Positions 12,401 to 22,854 of a stretch of 64,000 nucleotides of DNA are shown piece after piece. Numbering within the stretch: position 1 is the stretch's first letter; every line of letters starts with the position of its first letter. The stretch comes from Ignavibacteriota bacterium (lineage in GTDB: Bacteria > Bacteroidota > Ignavibacteria > UBA10030 > UBA6906): NCBI GenBank assembly GCA_963702445.1, contig CAVPCZ010000023.1, positions 35,004-99,003 on the forward strand. The letters run 5' to 3'. Position numbers and translations under genes: made by a program. A model generated the notes under the pieces. That model made no database searches. It had not been told where the DNA came from and worked only from the letters and a program-made list of their open reading frames with translations.

Positions 12401-12674
12401 CTAAGGGACATACTTACCTCCTCAAGCAATGTGTGGTTCGAACGATCACGGAAGATGTTCGGTCACCGTCCAAACTGGCCGAAGCCCGTCAATACACATG
12501 ATTCGTTAGAGGTCCATGATGCCTTGCTCTGGATATGGCCGATTCCTGTGCAACGTCCGACCGAGTGATGTCATTGCATTGTAACACGGGATGGGAAGAA
12601 GCTCTGCACGCAGTTAGCTTTTCACAGGGGCTTCATTCACACCCGTTTTCGAATCGAGCGACCGGCGGAAGGAT

Positions 12675-12693
12675 TGGTTGGCTGTGCCAACCA
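12675..12693. promoter_or_regulatory. perfect 8-3-8 palindrome TGGTTGGC-TGT-GCCAACCA in the 700-bp AT-richer leader upstream of TBDR copy 2; half-site GCCAACCA recurs at 12783..12790
   Basis: Read directly: ...aaggatTGGTTGGCtgtGCCAACCAactgggg... and later ...tccGCCAACCAatggcacg.... Lies between the 3' end of the GH38 gene (13105) and the 5' start of TBDR2 (12400), the only sizeable non-coding stretch in the frameshifted block. Confidence 0.3.
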
Positions 12694-13104
12694 ACTGGGG
12701 TGCAAGATACTATCTTCCATCGACTTTGTCAAGAGGCCGCTCTGCACTTTTACTCGATTTTCTTGAGCCCAATGGTCTGCTCCGCCAACCAATGGCACGT
12801 TCGGTTTTTGTCCTTTGCAGAGCCTCTTCGTCTGCTGGATGTGGAGGCTTTCTTCTTTTCATTTGCTCCCAGCATATATAGGGCGTGGCAAACGTGATAG
12901 TCGGAACTGCATTTATAATAGAGAAGTGGTATCGAACTTTCTGCCCGGGTGGCGCGTTGCTACCTCAGACCGGTGCCCACGGTAGGAGGGCCAGCGGAGG
13001 AGATCGCCCAAAAGGGGGGCCTCCCGCGCCAGACGTGAGAGCGCACCTGCTATCTGATTCCATCTGCACTCCCTCACGCAGAACGTCGCGCACGCCTCCT
13101 TTCT

Positions 13105-16100
13105 CTACTCCACGAGTATTTCATCGGTGAAGATCCATGCTTTCCCGCCGGCACCGGGGTGCCAGGAGGGACAGCGCCCGATATTCCGGGCCGTCACGCG
13201 TACATATCTCCCCTCGACCCCTCCAACCTCGACCGCAATGTCCCGCACTCCGCTATCCTCGATCGACGATGGGATCCCGAGCTCGCGCGTCACCTCTTTG
13301 CCGAAGTTTTTTCCGTCCTGCGAGAAGGCCACCGAGATCGATGCGGGAAAGAATACCCAGCTTCCCATATCGCTCAGGCAGCCGACCGTCACCGAACGGA
13401 CTGTCCGGACCTGGCCGAGGTCAAGGACGACGGAGCAGTCCTCTCCCTCAAACCCCTGCCATGAAGGGTTGGCGTACGACGTTGTTCCTCGTTTCCCGTC
13501 AATGAGGGTGCTGTCTCCGCCGCCGGGGTATTTCGGCGAGTATTGGGAAAGGTACGAAGCGCCGGCGATCCGGTAGGCTCTGTAGAACTTTGCCGTTGAT
13601 GGCACGCTGAGGTTCTTCCCCGGGGCGATCGCGACAGCACTGAGCGTGGACGTACGGTCGAGCCGGATCGGACCGGTGTACCGGGTGGAATTCTGCGTGG
13701 GGGCGGTCCCATCGAGCGTATAGTAGATGTCAGCCTTTGCGTCTCTCGTGGAGATGCTGATGGCGGTGCCGCTGTCCACAATACAGGTTTCGGGTGAGAA
13801 TCGTGGCTTCGGCGTCAACTGGAACCTGGCGTAGTGGTCCGGCGGCATATTCAGCGTATCATGGAGGGCGGTCGCAGGAGTCGACGCGTCGTTGTCGTTC
13901 AATGCCGCAGTTGCCGCGAGGATCATGATATTGGGAGCGTTCGGGAGCGTGAGGGTCTTCGCTCCGCGTGGAAGCTCAACCGTGACCTTGTAGAGATAGC
14001 CATAAGCGTAGGGATCGTCTTCACCGGACGAGAGGTGCCGGTGTGTTGTGTGATAGGCGACGGTGCCCCTTCTCACGTATCCCGGCGTCAATCCCTCATA
14101 GAGGATTGCGTCCCAGGTGTAGTCGCTCTCCTTCGGGACAAAGCCGTCCCAGATCCGGTTGTCCCATTGGCCGACGAAGCCTGTCCAGCCGCCGACAGAG
14201 ACAGTGACCGGTTTCCCGTCAACGGCGAACACTGCTTTCTCCTCGCCGGCCGAGGAGGCGGCCAGGAGGTAGAGCCGGTTGAAATTGCCGGCGGGGATGG
14301 TGAGTGGTTGCCCCTGGCAGGCAACGGCGTTCGCCATGCCGGATCCCTTCGGGCCGAGTGTGAACAGAATTCCTCCGCTCACGATCGAGTCGGGCAGCAT
14401 TTCCGCGGGGAGGGAGGCTCCGGAATTGCCGAATTGCCCGTCGCCTTTCTGTGACTTCCCGCTGATCACGTCCGCAGTGTACGGGAGGAGGATCGGCTGC
14501 GATGCCGGTGGCGGGAGCTTCCGGTCCGGTGCTTTCAGGGAGAGGGCAAATGCCCGGAGCTGATAAGGCACGAGGTCGCAGACGAGCGATCCCCCCTCGA
14601 CCGTCGCAGACCCGATCGGTTGCTCCTGTCCGTTTACTTCCGTTGCATTGCCGATGGCTGCGGCGAACGAGACGCGAATGTTGCGTGCGGGTTTTCCGGT
14701 TGTCTCCAGAAGCCGCACAATGATCTTGTCTTCATCCTCTGCCTTCTTGAGTGCGACGACGGTGACGGCCGGACTGCTGGTGCGGAGGAACGAGAAGGAT
14801 TTTCCGAGAGACCCTTTGTGGCGGGTTGCCTGGAACGGGATCAGCGGCTCGTTCAACCTCGCCGCCTGCCACTGCGTGGCTCCCGTACGCCAGTCACCGC
14901 GATGTCCGGCGATGGCATAGAGCATCTCATGGATGCCGAAGTCCTGGGAAGCCTGATCTCTGTACCCGCCGCGCACACCGGGCGTATAGAGGAGTGTCAG
15001 GCGCAGAATGTTGTCCGCAGGCTTGTCGGAACCGAATTTCGAATCCTCAAGGATCGAAACGCCGTAGCTCCCGCTCCGATCGGTGAGATCGAACCACTGG
15101 TGGGAAGGGACCTCGAACTTCTTCGGGTCGTTGTTCCCCCGTTCGATTGTGCCGGCGCCGGTGTTGTATGTTGCGACTCCGTTCGCGGCTGTCAAAGGAA
15201 ACGCGGCCTTCAGGGAGCTCATGGAGGTGAACCAGTGGATCTGCGTGCTGAATTCGACTCTCTCCCCTGTTTCGCCGGCGGCGAGCCGGATGCGCTGAAT
15301 GAACCTGGAGCCTTTGGATTCCCGGTCGATCTCCAGGCTGACCCTGACCGGGCCCTGTTCGACAACGCGCACTGCCGGGGTCCCGTCGACGAACCCGACG
15401 GGGGGCTTCTGCCTGTCCTCCCAGTCCATGTTCCACGCCGGCCACTCGAGCGGGCGTTCATAGAGGAATTCCAGACGGTGAGGAGCGGCGAGCAGTCTCT
15501 TTGCCGAGTTGCTTGTCGAAGATCGAAGAGACATCCCCGGCCGCGTTCAGCGTCACTCTGTAGCGTCCGTTCTCGATCGTTCCGGGAGAGGCCATGAGGC
15601 CGGTCCGGATGCTGCAACCGGTGGTGGACGGGCGGACGTCGTAGACGCTGAACCCGAGAGAAGGGACCCGGGCGGCAAACAAAACGGTGCGCCTCGCGCC
15701 ACTCCGGGCGATGGTCTGCGAGGCGACCTCTTTTCCATCCGGGCCGAAGACGCGCACTTCGGGGGGCGAGCCGGCGGGGATGTTGAGCGTTGCCTCGACG
15801 ACTTCCTCCCGATCGATCGAGAGGGAGTTGAAAACAACCAGAGGGATTCCGGTCGTTTCCGTGTTCATTCCTCGTGCGACGGTCCCGATCGCGTCGGCAG
15901 CTCCGTCGGCAAACTGTTTGAGCGCAAGGACTTCGTCGTTCCAGGAGAATTCGTTCGCCGCGCGGTGTGCAGGTGCCTGCAAGGATGTCGTGGAACTGCG
16001 CTCCGATGACGAGCCGCCACGCCTCGCGGAGCTTCTCACGCGGATAGGGAGTGCCGCCCAGCCAGTCCGCGACAACCGATGAAGCTTCAGCGGAACGTGC

Positions 16101-17118
16101 GAGCAGTTCGTTCTTCCTGTTCCAGCGTTTCATGTAGGATTGTGATGTCAGAGAACCCGCGGAGTGGTTTGTCAGCAGGAACTCTCCGCGGTACCGGGGG
16201 AGGCGCGATTGCTTGTCCGCCGTGAGGTCGTCGAAGAAACGAGAGGCGGGAGCCGACAGGACATGGATCGGGCCGGGGCCCACGATGCTCTTCTCAACCC
16301 ATTGCACCGACTCCTCGGCAGGGGAGCCGCCGATGTCGCCGGTGCCGTAGTACATGAAGTCGGCAACAACGCCTGACTGCCTCCCGTTTTCGGCGATGCG
16401 GCGGAGCCACGTTGGACTGCTGCTAAGATTCTCCTTCACCGTCGCTACATATTCCCCGGGGTTGAGCGCCGCGATCACCGATGACCCGTCCGTCCCCACC
16501 CAGAGGCCGAAGTTGAACGGAATGCCGACGGCGGAGCCCCAGGTGAGCTTCTGCGTGGAGAATCCTTTGAGTCCGGAATGGACGAAGATCGAAGGCATGG
16601 ACGCGGGGAAGCCGAAGCAATCGGGGACCATGTATTCATTGCTGGATTTGCCGAACTCCTTCCGGAAGAACCTGTTTCCATAGAAGATGTTGCGAATGAG
16701 TGATTCGGGCGAGGGGATCAGGGCGTCGGCTTCCTCCAGCGAAGAGCCGGCAGGGAACCACCGTCCGGCCGCGACGTACTCTTTGACGCGGAGGAAGTCG
16801 GCGGGGTAGTATTCCTTCATCATCATGTACCGGTTTGCCCCGGAGAAGTTGAATGTGTAGCCCGGGTATTTCTCGAAGAGGCGGAAGTTGTCCTAGCATC
16901 GTCGAGCGGATGTATTTCCGGATCGTTGTCGCGTAATCCCATCGCCACTGCGTGTCCAGATGACTGTAGCCCATCGTATAGAGCGTTGTGTCCCGGGAAA
17001 GATCGGGACGCCGAGAGACCGCCGGCTCCCGCGGGATTCCGGGTGTCTGGCCTGGGAGTGAAGACCAGGCGAAAAGCAGGAGGAACATGGCCGTTGAAAG
17101 CGAATGTGGATTCTTCAT
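13105..17118 (-). pseudogene. GH38 family alpha-mannosidase (~1340 aa) with C-terminal chitobiase/hexosaminidase-C-like and F5/8 discoidin-like domains; >=3 frameshifts (about 16830, 16000, 15500)
   Basis: N-terminal piece from ATG 17118 has MKNPHSLSTAMFLLLFAWSSLPG (signal peptide) then YTMGYSHLDTQWRWDY, which fits the GH38 catalytic HxHxDxxW motif region. Piece 16826..15219 has the GH38 core (MMMKEYYPADF, MVPDCFGF, LTNHSAGSLTSQSYMKRWNRK). Piece 15534..13105 (809 aa, intact) has the GH38 C-terminal beta-sandwich (ILRLTLLYTPGV...), a CHB_HEX_C-like segment (ADIYYTLDGTAPTQNSTRYTGPIRL) and a discoidin-like domain. Confidence 0.65.
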
Positions 17119-17670
17119 GGCTCTCTGATGAGGATGTGGGAGATTCGGGTCTCGGGTCTGATTGCCTTCGAACAAGGATGTATCAGACGGGGAGACGGGC
17201 CGCTTCGGGTAAAGGACCTTCTTCCCTCCCGGCAGGGGGGTGATCGGCGTCAGCGGCGCTTCTCCGACCGCGGGCTGAGATCTGTGGAAATGAAGTCGCC
17301 CTGACTGTTCAGGGTCCGCTTACATTTGGAGAACCTCGGGCGGATCGTCTACGCTGTTGATGATCGCTCCCAAGAGAGGTCCCCGAATCAGAATCGGACG
17401 AAGGCATTTTTCAATCACCCGTAAGATAGGCGCTGAGGAGGTCGGATGCAAGTGAAGAATGCATCGAAAAGACAGCACAACGAAGACCAATGCATCGGAA
17501 GATCAACCACGAATGATATCGTCAGCACCAGATCACGCAGATGGAGAAATCCGCCCGGACAGCGCTCCAGCATGGATCATCCCACAGGAGGGGGGTATTC
17601 CGTGGCCGAAGTCAACATCGTTGACTGAGAACCGGGAATGGTGAAGATGAGCGGGAAAGCGCCACCCGCC

Positions 17671-18471
17671 CTAGAATATCTCCGGTACAAAGGTCTGCTC
17701 TGTCATCGGTGGACGAACATACCCCATCGCTTTTTGTCGTGGAAGCAGAGTCGGCGCCTTGGGTGTGATGTCCTCGTGAGGAATGAGTTTCAACAAATGC
17801 TGAATGCAATTGAGTCGCGCGCGCTTCTTGTCATTGGCGTCCACAACATACCAGGGGCACTGCTTGATGTCGGTGTGAGCGAACATCTCATCCTTTGCTT
17901 TTGAGTATTCAACCCAGCGTGCACGCGATTCCAGATCCATCGGACTGAGTTTCCAGCGCTTCGTTGGATCTTCAATGCGCCCACGGAATCGCCGTTCCTG
18001 TTCCTCGTCGCTGACGGAAAACCAATACTTTATCAAAATGATGCCATCGCGCACAAGCATGCGTTCGAATTCGGGACACGTACGGAGAAATTCGGCATAT
18101 TGCGCTTCCGTGCAGAACCCCATCACCCTTTCTACGCCCGCTCTATTATACCAGCTGCGGTCATACAGAACCATTTCCCCGGCGCTCGGGAGGTTCGCTA
18201 TGTATCTCTCGAAGTACCACTGGGTCTTTTCCTTTTCAGTGGGTGTTCCCAGTGCGACGATCCGGCACACGCGCGGATTCATCCTCTGGGTAATCCGCTT
18301 TATCACTCCCCCTTTGCCCGCAGCATCGCGCCCTTCAAAGATCACCACAACCCGCAGCCCCTTCTCCACGATCCAGCCTTGAAGATTCACAAGTTCAGCC
18401 TGGAGCTTCGCGAGAGCCTTGTTGTATGTCTTCTTGTCGAGGTTCTTTCCCGACTTCGGTTTCTTGGGCAT
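17671..18471 (-). CDS. ppk2: polyphosphate kinase 2 (PPK2)
   Basis: Intact 266-aa ORF with PPK2 hallmarks: Walker A FEGRDAAGKGG, YFERYIANLP, LYDRSWYNRAGVERVMGF, lid region. Family assignment from established PPK2 motifs. Confidence 0.9.
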   Translation of the reverse strand: MPKKPKSGKNLDKKTYNKALAKLQAELVNLQGWIVEKGLRVVVIFEGRDAAGKGGVIKRITQRMNPRVCRIVALGTPTEKEKTQWYFERYIANLPSAGEMVLYDRSWYNRAGVERVMGFCTEAQYAEFLRTCPEFERMLVRDGIILIKYWFSVSDEEQERRFRGRIEDPTKRWKLSPMDLESRARWVEYSKAKDEMFAHTDIKQCPWYVVDANDKKRARLNCIQHLLKLIPHEDITPKAPTLLPRQKAMGYVRPPMTEQTFVPEIF

Positions 18472-18821
18472 TGTTCATTCTCCGAACGTGCCACCTATGA
18501 GTGCCGCCGCATTTGATGCCTGATGGAAATGCGCAAATAGAATGCCTGATTATGGAGGGCGGAGATCCCCGAAAAGCAACCGAAATATCTGGTTCTGAAG
18601 GGACAATGAGGCCAGACCCCGCCATTTTTCGCCAACTGGCTAATACGGCGTCGGTATCATACAACCGCTGCCTTTGTTGTGATATCCCTCCGTCAAAGCC
18701 CTCCCGTTCCAGAATCGCGGGATGAGCCACACGCTCGCGTGTCGGTGACATAAACTCGGAATACACAGGGCGGAGACTGTATCTCTGCTGTATTGACGCA
18801 GAACGAAGTAGCGGTTTTCAG

Positions 18822-18839
18822 TTGGAATTCGCTACTTTG
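18822..18839 (+). promoter_or_regulatory. conserved 18-bp promoter-proximal motif TTGGAATTCGCTACTTTG (ends in Bacteroidota-type -7 box TAnnTTTG), copy A
   Basis: Read directly; 62 nt upstream of ATG 18901. Same 18-mer (16/18 and 15/18 identities) recurs upstream of the next two genes. Confidence 0.45.
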
Positions 18840-18900
18840 TCTGCGGGTGGAGTTTTGAAGAGGGACACCTAAAACTGTGGCGGATTCGGAGAGCCAAACC

Positions 18901-20715
18901 ATGGACCTTTCGAGACGCGATTTCATCAAGGGCGCTTCATCAGTTGTCATTTCCGGCGCCGTGGCGCCGCTCTGGTCTAAAGACAACTCTCGCCAAAAGC
19001 CACAGGAGAGCGGGGGAAAACTCGCGGCCAGGCCGGCCTCTTTTACTCTCGAGAGCTATGCCGCAAACTCCCTCAACTACCTTGAACGTCTTGTTGATGC
19101 GGATGGACTTCCGTATTTCAACGTGTTTTGGACTCAGCCCTCTGAAGCCGCCCACGACTGGCCGGATTTCGGCGACGTGATGACCCGGCAATGGCAGGGC
19201 GCCGTCATGCTCCGCCGGATGGCCGGCCGGGAAGCCGCCACCGAAAAAGTCTGGCAGCGTAAGGTCCTATCTTTGATCGACCCCTCCGACGCACTCCTCC
19301 ATCGCCCCGCGACCTCTTACAGCAAGCCGATCGCGGATTGGGGAGACGCCTCTCTAACCCTTTATGCACTGGTCACGGCCGCCGTCGACAGCGGCGATGA
19401 CATCCTGCGGCAGGCGGCACAGAAGATGGCCGGGGGGATGTTGAACGGGCTGCGCTCCGGCCGCTTTCCTGGGAATGGTTTCGCGATCAAGAGTCTCATG
19501 GTCGCGGCGCGCTTGCTCGGATGCGAAGCGGGTTTGGAGGCGGCCCGGATTCTTGTCGACCGCTCGATCGTCCACGGCCGCACGTTCACTCCGGACAACA
19601 CCTTTGGCCCGTCGGGTCACATGCACGGCAACCTGAGGTCGATGGTCGGGGCCGCCGACTATGCTTTGACAACCGGAGACCCCGTCCTCTACAGCCGTAT
19701 CGACGCCCTCTATCGGTACGTCAAGACGACCGGCACGAGCTTCGGCTTCCTGCCCGAGGTCATCGGACGAAAGGGCGACATTATTGCCTGCGAGACATGC
19801 GCCCTGATGGATTTCGCGGGCGTCGGTGTCACTCTCGCCAATCATGGACATCCTGAGTATTGGGGCGACATGGAGCGTCTGGCGCGGAACCATTATGTGG
19901 AGAGTCAGGTTCGGGACGCCTCCTGGTTGGAGTCCGACACCGCCCGCCCGGACACGGCGCAGTTCACCTACCGCGACATCGGCCGACGCATCCTGGGCGC
20001 CTGGGCCGGATGGAGCTCGCCGAATCATATCCTGGCCTGCCGCGAAACACTGAACGCACACTGGGGCGGCCCGGAGCTGAAGAACAAGGTGCGGGCTCTC
20101 CAGAACTGCTGCGGGGGCTCCGGCCTGCATGGACTTTTCATTTTGTGGAAGAACGCCGCACGGTTCGAGGCCGGAACCCTGTCTGTCAATATGCATATTG
20201 ACAAGAAACTGCCCCAGGCGGAGATTCGCTGCGAACAGCCCTACCGCGGCCTTCTGCGAATCGCCCTGAAAGGGGACAGCGGGGTGAGAGTCCGCATCCC
20301 CGAGTTCACCAGTGCTGCCGAGATGAGTGTCCGTGTGAACGGCGCGGATTTGCCAAACGCCGCGCCGTCGTTCGGGAATTATCTCGAACTGGGACAGCTT
20401 CGCGCCGGAGATCGGATCGAAGTGGCCTACCCTCTGCCGATCAGGACGGAAGATATCGTGGTCGGCAACCCGGGGTTCAGGCAATGGCGGTATCGAGCCA
20501 CATGGAAGGGCGACACTGTGGTCCGCATGGAGCCGGTCGATAACGAGGTAGAAACGGCTTACTCCGATTTTGACAAGACTCAAGTGGGGGTTTTCTATGG
20601 CCGGAACGGCCCCGGCCAACTCTACCAGCGCGATCAAATGCTTCAGGAGGTTGAACCTTCCGAAGCGGAACTCCAGCTGGACGATGGCGGGCTGGATTTC
20701 TGGAAAATCAAGTAG
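18901..20715 (+). CDS. Tat-secreted protein, candidate GH127/DUF1680-like (cysteine glycosidase, six-hairpin) hydrolase
   Basis: Twin-arginine signal MDLSRRDFIKGASSVVISGAVAPLWS. Body has an E-x-C (ACETCA) motif and a downstream vicinal CC (LQNCCGGSG) about 100 aa apart, reminiscent of the Zn-binding Glu/Cys and Cys-Cys pairs of GH127 beta-L-arabinofuranosidases; size (605 aa) also fits. Family call is inference only. The ORF-track start at 18877 is a GTG. Confidence 0.4.
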   Translation: MDLSRRDFIKGASSVVISGAVAPLWSKDNSRQKPQESGGKLAARPASFTLESYAANSLNYLERLVDADGLPYFNVFWTQPSEAAHDWPDFGDVMTRQWQGAVMLRRMAGREAATEKVWQRKVLSLIDPSDALLHRPATSYSKPIADWGDASLTLYALVTAAVDSGDDILRQAAQKMAGGMLNGLRSGRFPGNGFAIKSLMVAARLLGCEAGLEAARILVDRSIVHGRTFTPDNTFGPSGHMHGNLRSMVGAADYALTTGDPVLYSRIDALYRYVKTTGTSFGFLPEVIGRKGDIIACETCALMDFAGVGVTLANHGHPEYWGDMERLARNHYVESQVRDASWLESDTARPDTAQFTYRDIGRRILGAWAGWSSPNHILACRETLNAHWGGPELKNKVRALQNCCGGSGLHGLFILWKNAARFEAGTLSVNMHIDKKLPQAEIRCEQPYRGLLRIALKGDSGVRVRIPEFTSAAEMSVRVNGADLPNAAPSFGNYLELGQLRAGDRIEVAYPLPIRTEDIVVGNPGFRQWRYRATWKGDTVVRMEPVDNEVETAYSDFDKTQVGVFYGRNGPGQLYQRDQMLQEVEPSEAELQLDDGGLDFWKIK

Positions 20716-20802
20716 TCGCATTCTTGGCAAGGTTTTTTGCCCAGCAGATGGGGGCCAGGGAATTGCTCTGTCGAATCGGGCAGAACAGAGTGGCGATTTC
20801 AA

Positions 20803-20820
20803 TTTGAACTCTCTACTTTG
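20803..20820 (+). promoter_or_regulatory. conserved promoter-proximal motif TTTGAACTCTCTACTTTG, copy B
   Basis: 15/18 identical to copy A; about 100 nt upstream of ORF 20922. Confidence 0.4.
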
Positions 20821-20921
20821 AATCGCTATTTGTACGCGGACGAAGTTCTAAAGCGGACAGCGGACAAATGAGGCTCGAGCGATGAGATCCACCATCACTG
20901 TATCTGCGTTCATAATGATGC

Positions 20922-22796
20922 ATGCTGGCCGCCGGGAGCCTGCCCGCCGCCACCGAGGATCTCGGCAACGGCTTCTTCCATCACGGAGTCGCCACACCGG
21001 TCAGCAACCACCGCGGCACCGTCGCCACCGTTGACGGCAACGGCCGCGACGTCGTGCTTGTCTGGCTTTTCGACCACCGGGGCGGCTATGCCCTCCTGCT
21101 CATCGACGCCGAAACCGGCAAGAGCGAGGAGTTCCCGGTTCCCTTTCCTCCCGGAGGCGACTGCCCCTACGCCTCGATCCTTTCGAGCGGCAACAAGTTC
21201 TATTCGCACTTCAACAGTTTCTTCGTGGAATTCGACCCGGTCGTGCGGGCCTTCACTTTTTTCCGCCAAACGGAACCGCAGATGACCATGGGGATGACCG
21301 AGGACGACAACGGCGTCATCTGGTCGGTCAGCTACCCCAGGAGCGGCGTGGTCTCGTTCAACCCCAGGACCCGGGAATTCAAGGACTACGGCCACGTGTA
21401 CGCGCAGAACTGGCCCCAGTATCAGCGGTTCGTCGCCGCAGACGACGCCGGTTGGATCTATTTCGGTCTCGGCAATACGGCCAGCCAGATCGTCGCCTTC
21501 GACCCCGCGACCGGCCAGGCGAAACCGATGCTCGCGGATAGCGATCGCAAGACGGGCAGCGCCTATCTCTATCGCGACCTCGATGGAAAGGTCTACGGCC
21601 AGTCTCTCCGGAGCGATGCGGAGAAGTGGTATGAATTCCACAAGGGGAGCGGCAGGGTGATCGGCAACCACGATTCGATCCGGCCAAAGCCTATCATCAC
21701 CAGCAGCCAGGCGCTGTTTCATGTCGATTTTCCCGACGGCAAGAAGATCAGGGAGTGCGACCTGATCGAACGCCGGCTCGTCATCGAGGATCCCAGAACG
21801 AATTCCGTCAAAGAGCTCCGCTTTGAATACACCAGCGAGGGAGCCCACATCATGGGAGTCGCGGCTGCACCGGACGGATCGATCTGCGGCGGCACGGCTT
21901 TCCCGATGCGCTTCTTCAGCTATTCCCCCACGAAGGATGAATGGACGAACCGCGAAGCCTATCTGCAGTTCAACACCGTGGGGCGGCAGGGGAATTCGTT
22001 CTTTGTCGGCGGGTACACCAATGGGTTCCTCCTGGAATGGGATCCCTCCAGACCATGGGTACGTACGGTAAAAGACAAAACGGACTGCAACCCCCTCTTC
22101 CTGACCGACTGCGCCCCGACGATCTACCGTCCTCACCGGTTGCTCATGCATCCCGACGGCAAGACGGTCATCATGGGCGGCACTCCCGACTACGGCTACA
22201 CGGGTGGCGGCCTGCTCTTCTGGGACCGGGAGAAGCGGTCGCGGGTCCTGCTGACCCACACCGACATCATTCCCCAGCATTCGACGATCAGCCTGGTCTC
22301 CTTGCCGGAGGGGAAACTCCTGGGCGGCACCACCACGAGTCCGGGCACGGGCGGCGAGAAGAAGGCGAAGGAAGCCGAACTCTACATCATGGACATGGCC
22401 TCCAAGAAGCTGGACTGGCATCAGGTCGTGTTTCCGGGGGCTCAGGAGTATTCCGACATGTGCATGGGACCGAAAGGCCTGGTCTACGGCATCGCCGACC
22501 GGAAAAAGTTCTTCGTGTTCGACGCCGCGAAACGGGCTGTCGTCTATGAACGGGACCTTGCCGCCGATCTCGGACTGACGACCGGCCAGCAGGGTCCGCG
22601 GATCTTCGTTCGCGGATTGGAAGGGGAGATATACGTCCTCTTCCTCAAAGGGATCGCCCGCGTTGAACCGACGACGTACGCACTGACCATGCTCGCCCAA
22701 TCGCCGGTTCCCATCGATGCCGGTGGCGATTACCTCGACGGGCGCATCTATTTTGCCAGCGGGTCGCACCTCTACAGTTACGAGGTCAAGAAGTAA
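20922..22796 (+). CDS. beta-propeller protein of unknown function; candidate polysaccharide lyase (PL11-like) given GH105 neighbour
   Basis: Intact 624-aa ORF with many short beta-strand/turn repeats containing DG and GG (APDGSICGGTAFP, HPDGKTVIMGGTPDYGYTGGG, GKLLGGTTTSPGTGG). Size and repeat character resemble 7-8-bladed propellers. No clear signal peptide in the called frame. Lyase assignment is contextual inference. Confidence 0.45.
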   Translation: MLAAGSLPAATEDLGNGFFHHGVATPVSNHRGTVATVDGNGRDVVLVWLFDHRGGYALLLIDAETGKSEEFPVPFPPGGDCPYASILSSGNKFYSHFNSFFVEFDPVVRAFTFFRQTEPQMTMGMTEDDNGVIWSVSYPRSGVVSFNPRTREFKDYGHVYAQNWPQYQRFVAADDAGWIYFGLGNTASQIVAFDPATGQAKPMLADSDRKTGSAYLYRDLDGKVYGQSLRSDAEKWYEFHKGSGRVIGNHDSIRPKPIITSSQALFHVDFPDGKKIRECDLIERRLVIEDPRTNSVKELRFEYTSEGAHIMGVAAAPDGSICGGTAFPMRFFSYSPTKDEWTNREAYLQFNTVGRQGNSFFVGGYTNGFLLEWDPSRPWVRTVKDKTDCNPLFLTDCAPTIYRPHRLLMHPDGKTVIMGGTPDYGYTGGGLLFWDREKRSRVLLTHTDIIPQHSTISLVSLPEGKLLGGTTTSPGTGGEKKAKEAELYIMDMASKKLDWHQVVFPGAQEYSDMCMGPKGLVYGIADRKKFFVFDAAKRAVVYERDLAADLGLTTGQQGPRIFVRGLEGEIYVLFLKGIARVEPTTYALTMLAQSPVPIDAGGDYLDGRIYFASGSHLYSYEVKK

Positions 22797-22836
22797 GCGC
22801 AGGGAGCTCCACGGAACCCGTCCCTTCACAATTCCA

Positions 22837-22854
22837 TTGGAATTCGTTATTTTG
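22837..22854 (+). promoter_or_regulatory. conserved promoter-proximal motif TTGGAATTCGTTATTTTG, copy C
   Basis: 16/18 identical to copy A; 52 nt upstream of ATG 22906 and 100 nt upstream of ATG 22954. Confidence 0.45.

Noticed and set aside
12433-12449. GGTTCGAAC(GATCAC) resembling a tRNA T-loop in the TBDR2 leader
   Set aside because: No acceptor/anticodon stems can be built around it and the T-loop consensus GGTTCGAATCC is not met. No tRNA called.
2806-17118. Programmed ribosomal frameshifting or slippery-site recoding as an explanation for the broken genes
   Set aside because: Far too many junctions (about 18), in unrelated genes and without common slippery heptamers. Indel errors or pseudogenisation are the parsimonious explanations.
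17119-17670. 550-bp lower-GC intergenic region between the GH38 start and the ppk2 end, examined for ncRNA/riboswitch
   Set aside because: No recognisable riboswitch or RNase P/tmRNA/6S signature by eye. It contains a plus-strand TACATTTG box (17320) but no plus-strand gene follows. Likely just the GH38 promoter region.
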